In this document: in pieces, positions 1 through 12,516 of the stretch
How positions within the stretch are numbered: the stretch's first letter is position 1
How the letters are laid out: each line of letters starts with the position of its first letter
Origin: Vicugna vicugna
Lineage: Eukaryota
NCBI GenBank assembly: GCA_013265495.1
Contig: MU058636.1
Location: 6,669,741-6,733,740, forward strand
Direction: 5' to 3'
DNA length: 64,000 nucleotides
Notes under the pieces: model-generated
Database searches by the model: none
Seen by the model: the letters and a program-made list of their open reading frames with translations, nothing else
What the model was told of the DNA's origin: nothing
Made by a program: the position numbers and the translations under genes

Positions 1-203
1 TTTTCTAATTAAAAAAAAACCCTTAGTGAAAAATTCAGATTGTTAGGAAGTAATAGTCATTCATAATGCTGTTATTGACATTTATAATTTACAGTAGTTC
101 CAACTAGGTTTTTTTTTTTTTCTATCTTGGATAGACATTAGGCAGAATACAAGGCAGCCTCTCCCATGTTGTATATACGTGGGATGTTGCAACCATGGTG
201 TGG

Positions 204-647
204 TGTTATGGGTTGAATTATACTCACCCCGCCTCTCCCCCAGAAAAGAAGGTATGTTAGGAGTCTTAACCTCCAGTACCATAGCATGTGACCTTATTTA
301 GAGATAGGATCTTTAGAGAGATAATCAAGTTAAAATGCAGTTATTAGGGGGCCCTAATCCTATATAACTGGTATCCCTGTGAAAAGGGAAATTTGGACAC
401 AGAGACAGACATACATAGAGGGACAGTGATGTGAAGAGACACAGGGAAGATGATGTGAAGATGGTCATCTGTAAGTCAAGGAGAGAGACCTGAAACAGAT
501 CCCTCCCTCCTAGCCCTCAGAAGGAAACAACCCTGCCGGCACCTTGATTTCAGATTTCTAGCCTCTAGAACTGTGAGACAGTAAATTTGTTGTTTAAGCT
601 ACCTAGTTTGTGGTGCCTTTTTAACACAGTTTTAGCAAACTGATACA
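204..647 (+). mobile_element. MaLR solo LTR (MLT1 family, MLT1B/C-like)
   Basis: Starts TGTTATGGGTTGAATT; contains TGTGACCTTATTTAGAGATAGG and CTAGCCTCTAGAACTGTGAGACAGTAAAT; ends AGCAAACTGATACA. TG...CA termini and recalled MLT1 motifs. Confidence 0.85.
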
Positions 648-3600
648 ATATGGTATCAAATTGCATTATAGAAATTTGATAATTACTTTATGTCTTGAAT
701 TTTAAAGTTTCCTTGTATTTGTTTTATGCCTATGTTAGGAATATCCAACTAAATTGTAAATTTTTAAGATCTGGTTTTTATTTCCCTATCTTTTCCTTCC
801 CTTTAGTACATCATATAAGATATAAAAGATGTTTGCATGATGCAAATAGGCATGGTTTTGATGAAAAGAATTTCTTGTTATGTAGAAACAACACTATGTA
901 CAATATAGAATTGGGGAGAAATTATTCAATTTTAGGCATTTTTCTTTTAGCTGAATAATTATTTTATATACATGGACTCTAATATTACTGCTATAAAACC
1001 TAAAATACAACTTGATAGTTAAACATTCTTGCATAGTTAGGTGAATTTTGAGATATTTAAATACAAAATTACATAAAAATTAAAAATTGATATGGTTTTT
1101 ATTATTTATTTTAATTTTATTTTTACCCCAGGTAATTTACTTGCCACACCATATTGAATTTGTAGCAATATTAGGGTTCAGTAAATCTTTGTGGAATGAA
1201 TGCTGATACCTGAAATGGTAGTGAGGGGAGTTGGACCTTTCAAAAAGTTATATATCTGTGTAATCATGATCAGATAGGATTTATACCGAAGTGAAAATTA
1301 ACTTCGTTTTGGAAATATTCTGTAGTAGACTTCTTTTGCAGTTACTCTTTCAAATTGTCATAGCAATAATGATTGAGACATGGAAGTGAGAACCAACTGT
1401 TGTCCTTATTTTATAAGAAAGGAAATATACTCTGGAGGTTAAGTGAATTGAAGATAGGGGCACATTGGAAAATCATACTTTTGAATATGATTTGTGTATT
1501 TACCAGATTTGGATTTAGGAAAGGTCACTCTTAAGTGCATGTGTGTGTTTGTGTGTGTATTTTCTGATTATAATAGTATGTATTCTCATTGCAGATCATT
1601 TTGAAAATACATGTGAAGAAGAAATTAAAAATTACCAGTCATCTCATTGCTCCATAGTAATCACTGTAAACACTTTGCTACTTTTTAAATGCCATTATTT
1701 ATGTTCTGTATTCAAAGTGGTGTGGAAGCAAGACCGCTGGACCACATATCATGAAACCTGGATGTTCTGCCTGTCTATTCCTTTAGTTGTTGACTCTCTC
1801 TCTCTTTTTTTTTTTAAATAACGAAGGATTTCTTCTCTTACCCTTCTTTCTGTCCCAATTTCTAATAAATTATTTTTATTAAATAAATATTAAATAAATA
1901 TTACTTTGATTTCCAGTGAAGTAAGTACCCAATGAAGATCAAAGAAATATAATGTTTAGGTTAACTCATACAGTTTTAATTCTGGGAAATATGATACATT
2001 AGATTTTTTTGAAATATAGAGAGTAAGTTGAGCATTGCCCATGTGACTCTGTAAAGGCCTAGGGTCTCCACTGAAGAGAGCAGCTGGAGTAGGTGGCTGT
2101 GATAAAATTCTTTTCAGGTTTAAAGAGCTGATATTCTAATTCCATTGCACATTGGTATATGAACTCATTCATCTTTATTATTATCCCCCACCTAATTCTT
2201 CTTTATTATTTTGCTTTCCAGACCAACAAGCTGATATACCAAAAACTCTTGCATGTGAATATAGTTATTTTAATATATTTGCACTGTATAATGTAGATAA
2301 TTTATGAGTTACAGACATGATAATCCCTCAAACTTATTCTTTGGCCAATAATCTGTTTTATGAAAAACTGAAGTTATTCTTTGTATTTTTACCAGCCTTC
2401 TCCCAACCAAATATTACTGAAACTATTGTTAAAAATCTTTTTACCTTTTAAGAGCCCCACTTTGGAGCTGAGTATTATGAAGCTGTTATTCAAAGTTGCA
2501 TTCATTGTTGGAATTTCTGGCAGCATATCTATCTATTTCTGCTGTCAGATGCTTGTATATTGTACTAACAGTGGTAAGTAGTGACAGAAAGGTTTTCTAG
2601 TATCCAAGGGGTTTATGTTTTCCTGCTTAGTGCCAGTTCTAACTGACCTTATTCTGATTAAACCAATGAGATACATCATGGTACCTTTTTCACAGTGCCA
2701 TTAGCTTACTTTTACTCCTTTTTATGTAGACATACTCCAGCTTCATGCTTGTCAGATATTTTTCAATGTAGACTTAATAAAGTCATGTACTAAAAAAGGC
2801 ACATCTCTGACCTTACTGTAGAATTAGAGAAATATTTTACTTATTCTGACAAAAAACAAATAAAACTGGAGTAAAATTTAGTCCTGCACTTATTCTTCAA
2901 AACTTTATTTATAATAATAACATTTTAAAATGTAATTTTAATAACTTTTTTATTGTAACTTGATAATAACATTTTAAAATGTAATAACTCAGTGAGAGTT
3001 ATTTAATCCATTTCTTGTGTTTTCTCAGTGACTCAGAGATCACAAAGCTATGTATAACGTGGGTATAGAAATTAAGTTTGCTATTTTAGTAATTTTAATT
3101 AATATTTTAATAACAAAATAACATTTTAATTAATTTAATAGGCTTATTACCTTAGTTTTTGTTAAGTTCAGTACTTTAAAATGTGAGTACAGATTTGAGA
3201 ATTAAAATGCAAATAGTTGAAATGATTTGTATTCAGTTTGACTGAAGTTCTAGTTTACTGGTAGCACTACATACCTTGAGATTAATTCTAAGCCATATTC
3301 TCACTTCTTCCAGTTCTGCATGTCATTCTTCAATGGGCATAACCCAAGATAATAAACCTCTGTGGTCAAGTTTTCTCTTCTGTAAACTTGGTGAAGTGTA
3401 GTGATTCAGCACGTGGTCACCACGTGTTGAGTACTTACTTGCCAGGCACTATTATGAGTTGAAGCAATTAAACATATGGCTTTTTACTCAGGTCATATTA
3501 CTCTAGTTGTAGACAGATAATAAAACAATAATGATTACAGATTGATAAATGCTTTCATAAAGATAATCATAAGCTATATGTGCATAGGAAATGACACTGA

Positions 3601-3879
3601 ATGGGGCATATGGGTTAGAAAATGCTTCCTTTTAAGAAATAACTCCTGAGGTGAATCCTGTCAGCCAGATCCAGGGGATTAAAAAGGACATTTCAAGCAT
3701 GTGCAGAAGCTTAGAGTTATAAGAAAACATGACCTTCTTTTTCTTTGCCCTGTTTCCCTGTCATTGGCTCCTTTTCTGTAAAAACGTTTCTTGGTATTCT
3801 CAGTCTTCCCTCCAGTGGTGTCTTTTACCTCACGTGACAACTAAGTGCTTTTTCATTTGTTCAAGTGCAGTGTACTTCA

Positions 3880-4600
3880 AGATGAGCAAAGAACTTGGCA
3901 TTCTCTAAATACTTTGCTTCCAGATCACTTTTTTTCATCATCATCTTTCCACAGTTCCTTCTCACCTTGAAATCTGTGCTATCCCTGCTTTCTTGCAATT
4001 GTTCCTATACTTACTGCCATTATCTGTTAACCTACAGGATACCCCTCAAGGACTTTTGCCACCTAGCTCTCCATTTTCCTTTGTAGCCTCTCTCCTAAGC
4101 CTCACGGATGAATTCACCTCACAGGGAAATGTCTCCCGCACAGCAGGCCTCTCAGTTCCTTCCTATTCCAACAACTTGTATTTTCGTGCCACTTCAGCAA
4201 CCAGCATATATGGCCAGATATCAAACTTTGGAATCACCAGAACTGTTGTTTTAAAAATCTTGATTTTACAATGACCTATTCTGATATCAACATACCTTTC
4301 TATGTTCCGTTCCCAGTAACCTGACTTCTGCCCTCGTTGAGACATCTGGTGTCTTGAATCTCTTTACTTCATTCTTCTTTCTACGAAATTCAGAGTCAGT
4401 TGAATACTGTTTCAGTTAGGCACATATGTGAGAATCTTTGGCTTCTTTGACCTCAGCACTCTTTTTTGTTTTGATAATCCCATAAAAACATATGTATAGT
4501 CTCTACAGTAGCTGTAAGTGTGCCTGGCAGTGCTGGGGGGTGGGGGTGGGTGGAGTGGAATCACGTAGTCATCTTGACTGGTTTATTAGAAACTCATGTA
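3880..4600 (+). mobile_element. Very old LINE (L2-like) ORF remnant
   Basis: Pyrimidine-rich degenerate sequence resembling the L2 endonuclease region; no intact frame. Confidence 0.3.
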
Positions 4601-5349
4601 CTTCTGCCTTATCTGGCTTTTTAATGTCTCTCCATAATTTTAAATGTTTTTAATTTTGGTTGTATATGCCATCAGGCTTTTTCTAATGTGTATGAAGACG
4701 TGATCAGGTGTGCTGCTGTAAGATAAACTTGGATATTATGTATTTGGTGATTATCTTCTGTGCCTCATCCAATCCCTATTCTCAATAATAAAATAATACT
4801 CTTGAACCCACCTTCCAACTTGTGATCTAGATAATACCAGTATTGTCGAAGCTCCCTTTGTGTTACTCCCCCATCCCGTTTTCCTCATCTTCCTTAGAGT
4901 AACAAATTTTGTCAGTGTTATATTTATCATCCAAGCCTTTTTACATGTTTTTTTAAAAGATAACATGTATGTGTACCTCAGCCATTTGTTATTTAATTAA
5001 GGTTTTAAAAATATACATGCTTTATAAAAATGGAAGCCAAATATAGTGATTTTTTCTGATTAAAAAAAATCAATGTCATGGGTTTGACTGTCTTCCTTAA
5101 ACCTCACAACACCACTATGAGATAGATACTATTATTACAGATCTGGAAGCTGAGCACAGAGGTATGTTTAAATAACTTGCCTAAGATTATACATCCAGTA
5201 AGTGTCAGTATCTAGATTTCAACCCAGGCATTCTATCTCAAATTCCAGACTTTAAAGCATTGTACAGTGCTCACATTCACTAATAGGGCAATGCAAATTC
5301 AACTGTGATGCTCACCATCCATGGATGTGTCTGTATGTATTTACTTTTT

Positions 5350-5990
5350 ATCTCTCAAATACTTACATGTATTTAAAATGCCAACAGATTATCTGCAGAG
5401 GATTGAGAATCAGATGGACAGGTCAGCACATTTCTTATGAGCAACATCAGATTCTATGAGACAGTGAACTGATAAAAGGGGTAGGGGAAAATAACTTTGA
5501 ATCTAGAAACGGCCTACCCAGAGAAATTACCATTTTAGAATAGGACAGAAATAAAGACAATTCCAGGCATACAGTGACTGAGAAACTATCCTGTCCATTG
5601 CTGAGAGACTTCATAACGATGTGCTCTAGCATGGAGAGCAGTGAACCAAGGTAAAATAGTGGGATATGAGATGTACTGAACTACAAAGAAAGCAGTAAAA
5701 TATGTTGTTAAACCTAAATATAATTGAAAAAATTACATGGGGCGTTGGGAGAGGAGGAAGTGTAGAAGAACACAATAGTAAGCTGTGGTTCTGGTCCTGT
5801 TTGGGAGAAGGGCAGGTATACTTGCTAGCATCAGATTTGGCTAGGAGAAAACGACTACTAATACCACCTACACTAAGCATTTAGCACACAGTAGATACTT
5901 TGTAAACATTTTACAGAAATTATAAGAACAAATATAGATACAGATGCAGAGGCATATATCTTGAGTGTGAGCACACACTTGTGAAGGCGT
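5350..5990 (+). mobile_element. Old L1 ORF1 C-terminal remnant (L1M/HAL1-like)
   Basis: GAGAATCAGATGGAC...GAATCTAGAAACGGCCTACCCAGAGAAATTACCATTT resembles the IRL..DFS and PRILYPAKLSF region of ORF1p; heavily decayed. Confidence 0.45.
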
Positions 5991-6049
5991 GTAACAAACC
6001 CTCTGTTTTATACAACCAGTGTTTTCATTTGTGCATTTAGTTATCAAAC

Positions 6050-8030
6050 TATCACTCTGAGATTATCTCTCTGCCTATTGTTGGGCATTCGTGACCAGTT
6101 TGAGTGAGTACACGGGGATGGATATCTGCTTGTCCGTTACAGTCACCTTCTGAATCTGGGAGAGAGTTCTTCTGATGGGCATCAACATGTGCTACTGTAA
6201 TGCACCCCTCAAATTCCGTAGTGATTTCCATAGGGCCGTTCCCCATATGAGCATCCCTTTAATAGGCCAGGTTTCCATTGCCCTTCTGCCTGACCATTGG
6301 CCACTACCCATGAGTCAGTAAAAACCCAAACATAAGGGCTTTTACTATTGTTCAGTTTTACCCTCACCGCTAGGAAAACAATATGCAATTCAGCACACTG
6401 GGCTGATCTGTTTTTATCTTCTTTGATCAGAGTGGTGGCTGTCCAAACAGGATGTTGTCCATTCTCCTTGGAACTGCCATTCACAAACCAAGCAGCTGAT
6501 TGTTGGTCATCAAGAACTGTTTGTAGGGCACTGCCTAAGTGACAGTGAAATCTAGCACCTCCTCACACAGTTTCAGAGTCAATCCTATGGGGCAAAGAGG
6601 CTCCCTGCTGAGATTGTCCTTCTTGCATTCCCCAGGCAGCGTGTATCAACTATATCCATTTTATTATGTTCTGGGCCCTGCCTTTCCCATTAGAGTGTTC
6701 CTCTGACATCATCCTAGACATTATGGCTATTTCAGGTTTCAAGATTATTTTATGTCCTTCAGTCGTAGGGGTAGCTTCAGTTAATAATGTCCAATAGCAA
6801 GGTAATAAATATGCTTCAACTGGAAATTCTCCAGTTTGAAGTCCCAGTAGTCATTGCTAGGAGGCACTCACAGGCTTTTGCCCTAAGCCAGTCTGTGCTG
6901 CACATAATGCTTTCTCTCAAAGAACTTGTCCTTCCCAGCACTCTGGCTTCTGTTCCACACTTTGTGGGCTCAGGCAGTGTTACTGGTTCCTGTTTAGCAT
7001 GTCCAATTAATATTCCTTGAAGGGCAGATTTACATGCCTATTTTACAATGCTACATAGGGGAAGTGTTTCCCAGTCAGATACAGTGTCCATCCCCATAAT
7101 ACAGTCAGGTAAAAGATGTACAGCCACTTCACATAAAGCTTGTTCAAACATACCAGTTCTCCTACAAACTTTTACCTTAATTCCATCAACTCTTACTTTC
7201 CTGATTGTAGCTTCTGATAGGACTTCATCCATAGGGTTTACTTTTACAATACTAGGTAGAGGAAGGTGTTCCTACCCAGACATGAATAACATCTGTTTCC
7301 TTAAAACATTCAGGTGAGGTTGATACAACTTCTTTACATAATACCTGCTTAAACATTTCAACTTTCATGTCATATCATGCCATCCATTACATTTTTGTGT
7401 ACTCTCAATCTAATTGTAGCCCATGTAAGGGCTTCATCAATGAATTTGGTACCACAGTTTGCGAGACTGTTGTACAAAGAAGTTGTGGAAACTTCTCTTT
7501 TCTACCCCTTGTCATTTTACCGACTCTTGTACGGAAGGCTTTGGTCTCCAGTAAAGGACTGAGCCAAAGGACCCTGCCCTTTTATCAATCTTTATTTTAA
7601 TTAATCTGCCAACCACCATCCTAAGATATTGCAGGTCAGATTTCTCATGTTAATCTGCCTTCTGCCTTTACATTTTTTCCAAACTGGGATAAATAGGTGG
7701 ATTTGTTTGAGGGCCTTTAATTTTGGAGTCCAGCAGTGGGTCAGAGGTCTCTGGCTCACCCAACCTTTGGTAATTCTGTATTAAAACATGTTTTTTAACT
7801 TCATCAGTGTTTGTTTGATTTATCCTATTTCTTAATAACCTTTGAAAGATTTCTGTCCTGCTGGGATGAGTCCTGTGACCCCGCCCCTTTTAGTTTCTTG
7901 TTTAGCACCTAGCGATATTTACTTCATTCACCTTATTTTTTAGTAGCTGTTTAAAAATTTCTGTTTATTGAGAGAGGTCCCTTGACTCTCCCCTGGGCTC
8001 TCCCCGTTCTCTGATTAACAGAATGTTCTT
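6050..8030 (-). mobile_element. Degenerate ERVL (class III endogenous retrovirus) internal fragment with protease and RNase H remnants
   Basis: Minus-strand ORF fragments: PDCIMGMD (protease C-terminus, 7038-7232), SAQCAEL and VFTDSWVVANG (RNase H, 6209-6484), HVDAHQK (RNase H C-terminus, 6052-6246). Many stops and frameshifts. Confidence 0.8.
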
Positions 8031-8039
8031 ATTAACATC

Positions 8040-8213
8040 TGTATACTGTGTGGGGTTGGTTGAATATACAAATACAAAACCTTTGATATGGAGGAACCAC
8101 AGATACAGAGGAACCAGGGATACTGAGGACTTACTACAAATTGTTACATGTGGATTTTCGATTGCTTGGAGGGTTGGCTCCCATAACCCCTGCTTTGTTT
8201 AAAGGTCAAGTGT
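8040..8213. mobile_element. Tigger/MER8-like DNA transposon fragment
   Basis: Ends ...CCCATAACCCCTGCTTTGTTTAAAGGTCAAGTGTA, resembling the Tigger-family terminus TTCAAGGGTCAACTG. Confidence 0.6.
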
Positions 8214-8219
8214 ATATAT

Positions 8220-8620
8220 TTGTTATAAATCAGAGTATCATATCAGGTCAGCTCGCAAAAAGCAGAAACTATAATATGTTCAAGGAGAAAGAGACAGACA
8301 TTAATAATCGGAGACTTTAACTTCCTCTTCATCCAGCACAGATCGTATGCGTGAAAAATTACCAAGTATATAGACTACCTTAAAATATGATCAAGAATAG
8401 ATCTTATTTATATCAAACTCTAAACCCTGACACTATGGGACCATGTCTTCTTTTTAAGTGCACATGGAATGAATGGACATTGAACATGTCAGAGGCCAAC
8501 AACAACAAAAAAATCTCAGTGATTTCCAAAGAATAGAGATGATAAAAAGAGTATTTTCTGATCATAAAGCAATGTGTTAAGACTGAACAAGCTCAATCTA
8601 AAAACAGTAAGAAAGGAGAA
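8220..8620 (+). mobile_element. Old L1 ORF2 endonuclease fragment
   Basis: ATAATCGGAGACTTTAAC (IIGDFN), AGTGCACATGGA (SAHG) and TTTTCTGATCAT (FSDH) motifs in the expected order. Confidence 0.65.
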
Positions 8621-8639
8621 AAGTGATTCACAGAAAACC

Positions 8640-9041
8640 TTGGATAAATAGTATCAAATGATGAAACTCAAACAATTTAGTAATTAGTTTGATGTTCTTT
8701 CTTCAAAAGGAAGCAATGTATGGATTTGGGGAGTAAGTGCAGAGCTCTTTCCAGGGGGATTTTGGGCAAGAGGGATTTTTATAGAGCACTGTTTCCAAAG
8801 CTGCAGTGTGGAAACACAGCATGATTGGTTGGGGTTGGATATCTGTCCTTATTTAGAAAAATTAAAGAACACGGAAATATGTATGGAGCCCAGAGTTGGC
8901 TTGGCATTTGGGGTTCAGCCAACTAGACAAAATGCATTTTTGATCCAGGGGAGCATTGACAGGAGCACCAGAGTCTGGTTTGCTGATGGGGCACAGTGGG
9001 CAGAAACCGATCCATCTTGGGCCTAGAAATTTATTTTGACA
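8640..9041 (-). mobile_element. Probable ERV solo LTR (family uncertain)
   Basis: Composition shift with TGATTGGTTGG and the terminal CCATCTTGGGCCTAGAAATTTATTTTGACA. Confidence 0.45.
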
Positions 9042-10207
9042 ATCGAAAGCACAAAAATGATAGAAAAAATTGATATATTAGTGATCAAAATAAATGGTAG
9101 TGGAGTGCATATAATAGTATATGATTGAGATTGTAATGTGGGAAAGAAAAGAAAATCCAGGTATATGCTTTTTAAAAGAGATGTGTAATTGGTAAAAGGA
9201 TAGAAAATGAACCAGCTGATTAGCAGTACTTTTCACTACCCCCCCCCCAAAAGCTAGGTAACTTTATTAAAAGTACACAGTTTTGCTTTCAAGGTAAGGA
9301 TAAAGAGGATCCCTAAATGATTACGTTTCCATTCACTTAAAATAGCTAAAAAAAAGAATGTGGAAAGAACGTAAGTGATTTTAATTCCATCAAGTGTGTG
9401 ATTGCCTGTATGTTCCCATATGGTTCAGGAACATTACACTTTGAAATTTTTATCCATGTACATTTTATTCCTTAAGTTGAATGTTGGTCTGATTTAGAGT
9501 TAGCATGCTTTATCTTCTAATCTAGATCATAAGGCTGTTCAAGTCTTTTGTGAATTTTTGGATGTTCAAAATACTTTGCTGTGATTGAAAAGGAAATAAA
9601 AGTGAAAACAACACAACACCACAATGAAACACTAGACAGCTGGACTTGGGTATGCCACTACCAAGCTTTGTTTTTTCCTCTTGAATAGTTTCTTGCTTCA
9701 TTAATGCTTTTTAAGGCTTTAATGTCCCATTTGGGAAGCAGTTCTTGTAGATTAGGGAAATGCCTATATTTTTCCTTTGTAAAAGATACCAGTGCACTTA
9801 TTTGATTTATGTAGTAACTTACTCATTTCAGCAAGTCTACCATTGAATAGAATGGTCCTGGTATTCCCATTGGGTACATGACATTATAAAGGTGCTATCT
9901 GGTTGAGGATCCAAAATAAAGAGACGTTAGAATAAGCAGTGCTTGCCTAGAAATTGCTCATCTAAAAAGAGTAATAGAACAAATGTGAATTTGCAAAGTT
10001 GATGTAATGCAGTTATGTACATGATAGAATCAAGATAGAGCTATTGCCTTTATTTTTAAGAAGTGCAAGAATTTAAAAAAATTATCATGACACATTATCT
10101 TTCCCAGTTTTTCATTGCTTCATTTATTATATATCATGCATTCAGCTAATACTGATTAACATTTATGTGTCAGGCAATTGAGTGTTACAGGTAAAACAGT
10201 GAACTAT

Positions 10208-10705
10208 ATTTTAAGAGACAGTTCTCCATGTTTTTTTTATTGTTTTTGTTTTGTTTTTTGGCATATTTTGTATCAGTGTTTGTTCTTTTCAAGGATTTTT
10301 GAATCCTTGAATCTTTTTATTCTTTTCAGGGATTTCTGTATAGTAAACAGCCTTGAAAGAGATATTTAGGGCACAGGGCAGATTTGTTTCCCAATCATGT
10401 TAATAAAGATGTGTCCCTTTAAGGCAAAGATTGGTCAGGCTTGCTAGCAGTCCCCATAGAAGATTGGAGTTTTCTACATGTTTGGTAGCTGCCCGGACTT
10501 GTCTCTGTGTCAGCCTTTTGGGACTCTGAGGGACAGAGGGAACCGATGTAGACATGAAGATCATACAGGCTGATGTGCTTGAGTAATGAAATCCTTTGTC
10601 TCTGACACAGTAGCCTCCTGTCTTTTGCCAGCTTTATGAAATGGGCAGGCTAATTTGTTAGTTTGCAAGTAGGGCAAAATCTCAGACCCTTCACAGTTCT
10701 TGACC
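10208..10705 (+). mobile_element. ERVL solo LTR (LTR40-like)
   Basis: GAGACAGTTCTCCATG start, AACAGCCTTG, and end GTTTGCAAGTAGGGCAAAATCTCAGACCCTTCACAGTTCTTGAC. Confidence 0.65.
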
Positions 10706-11507
10706 CAGTAGATTCTGGGTTTTTGATCTTGCAGGATCTGTTTTCCAGTGGAAGAGAGAGACTGTGAAACAGTTAATTACACTGTGATAATTGTGATGGA
10801 GAATTTCAGTTAGTTTGGAAGTACTAGCAGGAACACCTAACCCAGCTAATCTGATTAAGGAGAGTCAAAGAGAGCTTTCTGAGGGAGGTGACATGATGAA
10901 ACCTAGAGGAAGAGAATAAGTTAGCTAGGCAGAAGACAGGGATGGGAAAGAGTTTATATTTTTTAAATTTGTGTGCATGATTGCTTTAGGCTTCTCTTTG
11001 TTATGTGTTTATGAATTTTAATTCGCATTTTAAGTTCCTGGAAGACAGGCACCATTTTGTATCTCCCACAGGTTTTATTCCGTGTTGTATGCCTTAAATA
11101 TGTTTAAGGCATATTTCTTCATTTCTTTTAAGCTGCATATAGTTGAGTGTTTTGTTCTTAAAAATATATCCAGTTTGACAATACTTATCTTTAAATTGGA
11201 GTGTTTAATCTCTGTATGTAATAGCTGATGTATTTGGCTTTAAACATAACATATTACTGTTGGCTTTCTATTTGTCTTGCCTATTGAGTATGTTTTCCTT
11301 CCCTTTCTTGCCTTCTTTTGGATTTAAATATTTTTATTATTATTTACCCCTCTCTATTATCTTTTTAGAAATATATTCTTTTGCTCTTCTTTCAGTGGTT
11401 ACTCGAGACATTATACATCTTTGATTTATTAAAGGGTGAAATAAAATCCATTCTTTTTCTCTCTCTCCCAAATTCAGTGCTATTATTTTTATTTACCTTA
11501 ATCGTTT

Positions 11508-12516
11508 ATATTTGCAAACAATGCTGCTGACAAGGGCTTAACTTCCAGAATATACAAACAGCTCATACAACTCAATAACAAAAAAACAAACAATCCAATC
11601 AAAAAATGGGCAGAAGATCTAAACAGACATTTCTCCAGTGAAGATACATAGATGGCTAATAAGCACATTAAAAGATACTCAATATTGGTAATCATCAGAG
11701 AAGTGCAAATCAAAACTACAATGAGATATCACCTCACACCAGTCAGAATGACCATCATTCAAAAATCCCCAAATGATAAATGCTGGGGAGGGCTTGGAGA
11801 AAAGGGAACACTTACCCTGCTGGTAGGAATGTAATTTGGCACAGCCACTGTGAAAAACAGTATGGAGGTTACTTTGAAAAACTAAACCTAGAGTTACCAT
11901 ATGATCCAGCAATCCTAGTCTTGAGCATTTATCTGGAGAAAACTCCAATTTGAAAAGATACGTGCATCCTAATGTTCACAGCAGCACTATTTACAATAGT
12001 CAAGATATGGAAGCAACCTAAATGTCCATCAACAGATGGCTGAGTAAAGAAGATGTGGTGTATATATACAATGGAGTCCTACTCAACCATAAAAAATGAA
12101 ATAATGCATTTGCAGTAACATAGATGGACCTAGAGATTGTCATACTAAGTGAAGTAAGTTGGACAAAGACAAATATTCACATGATATCACTTATATATAA
12201 ATGAGATAAATGAGCTTATTTACAAAACAGAAACAGACTCACAGATATAGAAAACAAATTTATGGTTTCCAAAGGGGAAGGAGTCAGGGAGGGATAAATT
12301 AAGAGTTTGGGATTAGCAGATGCAAACTGCTATGTATAAAATAGATTAAAAAAACAAGTTCCCACAGTATAGCACAGGGAACTATATTCATTATCTTGTA
12401 ATAACCTATAACAAGAATATGAAAAATAATATGTATATATGTGTATAAATGAATCACTGTTGTACACCTGAAACTAACACAACATTGTAAATCAACCATA
12501 TGTCAATTTAAAAAAA
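11508..12516 (+). mobile_element. 5'-truncated L1 (ORF2 C-terminus plus 3'UTR), intermediate age
   Basis: ORF 11652-11834 [20 protein letters not shown]...KCW; 3'UTR GTATAGCACAGGGAACTATATTC; ends in an A-tract. Confidence 0.92.

Noticed and set aside
8220..9310. Rearranged L1 endonuclease segments (N-terminal-like piece downstream of the C-terminal piece)
   Set aside because: Too decayed to distinguish a rearrangement from two independent old insertions.
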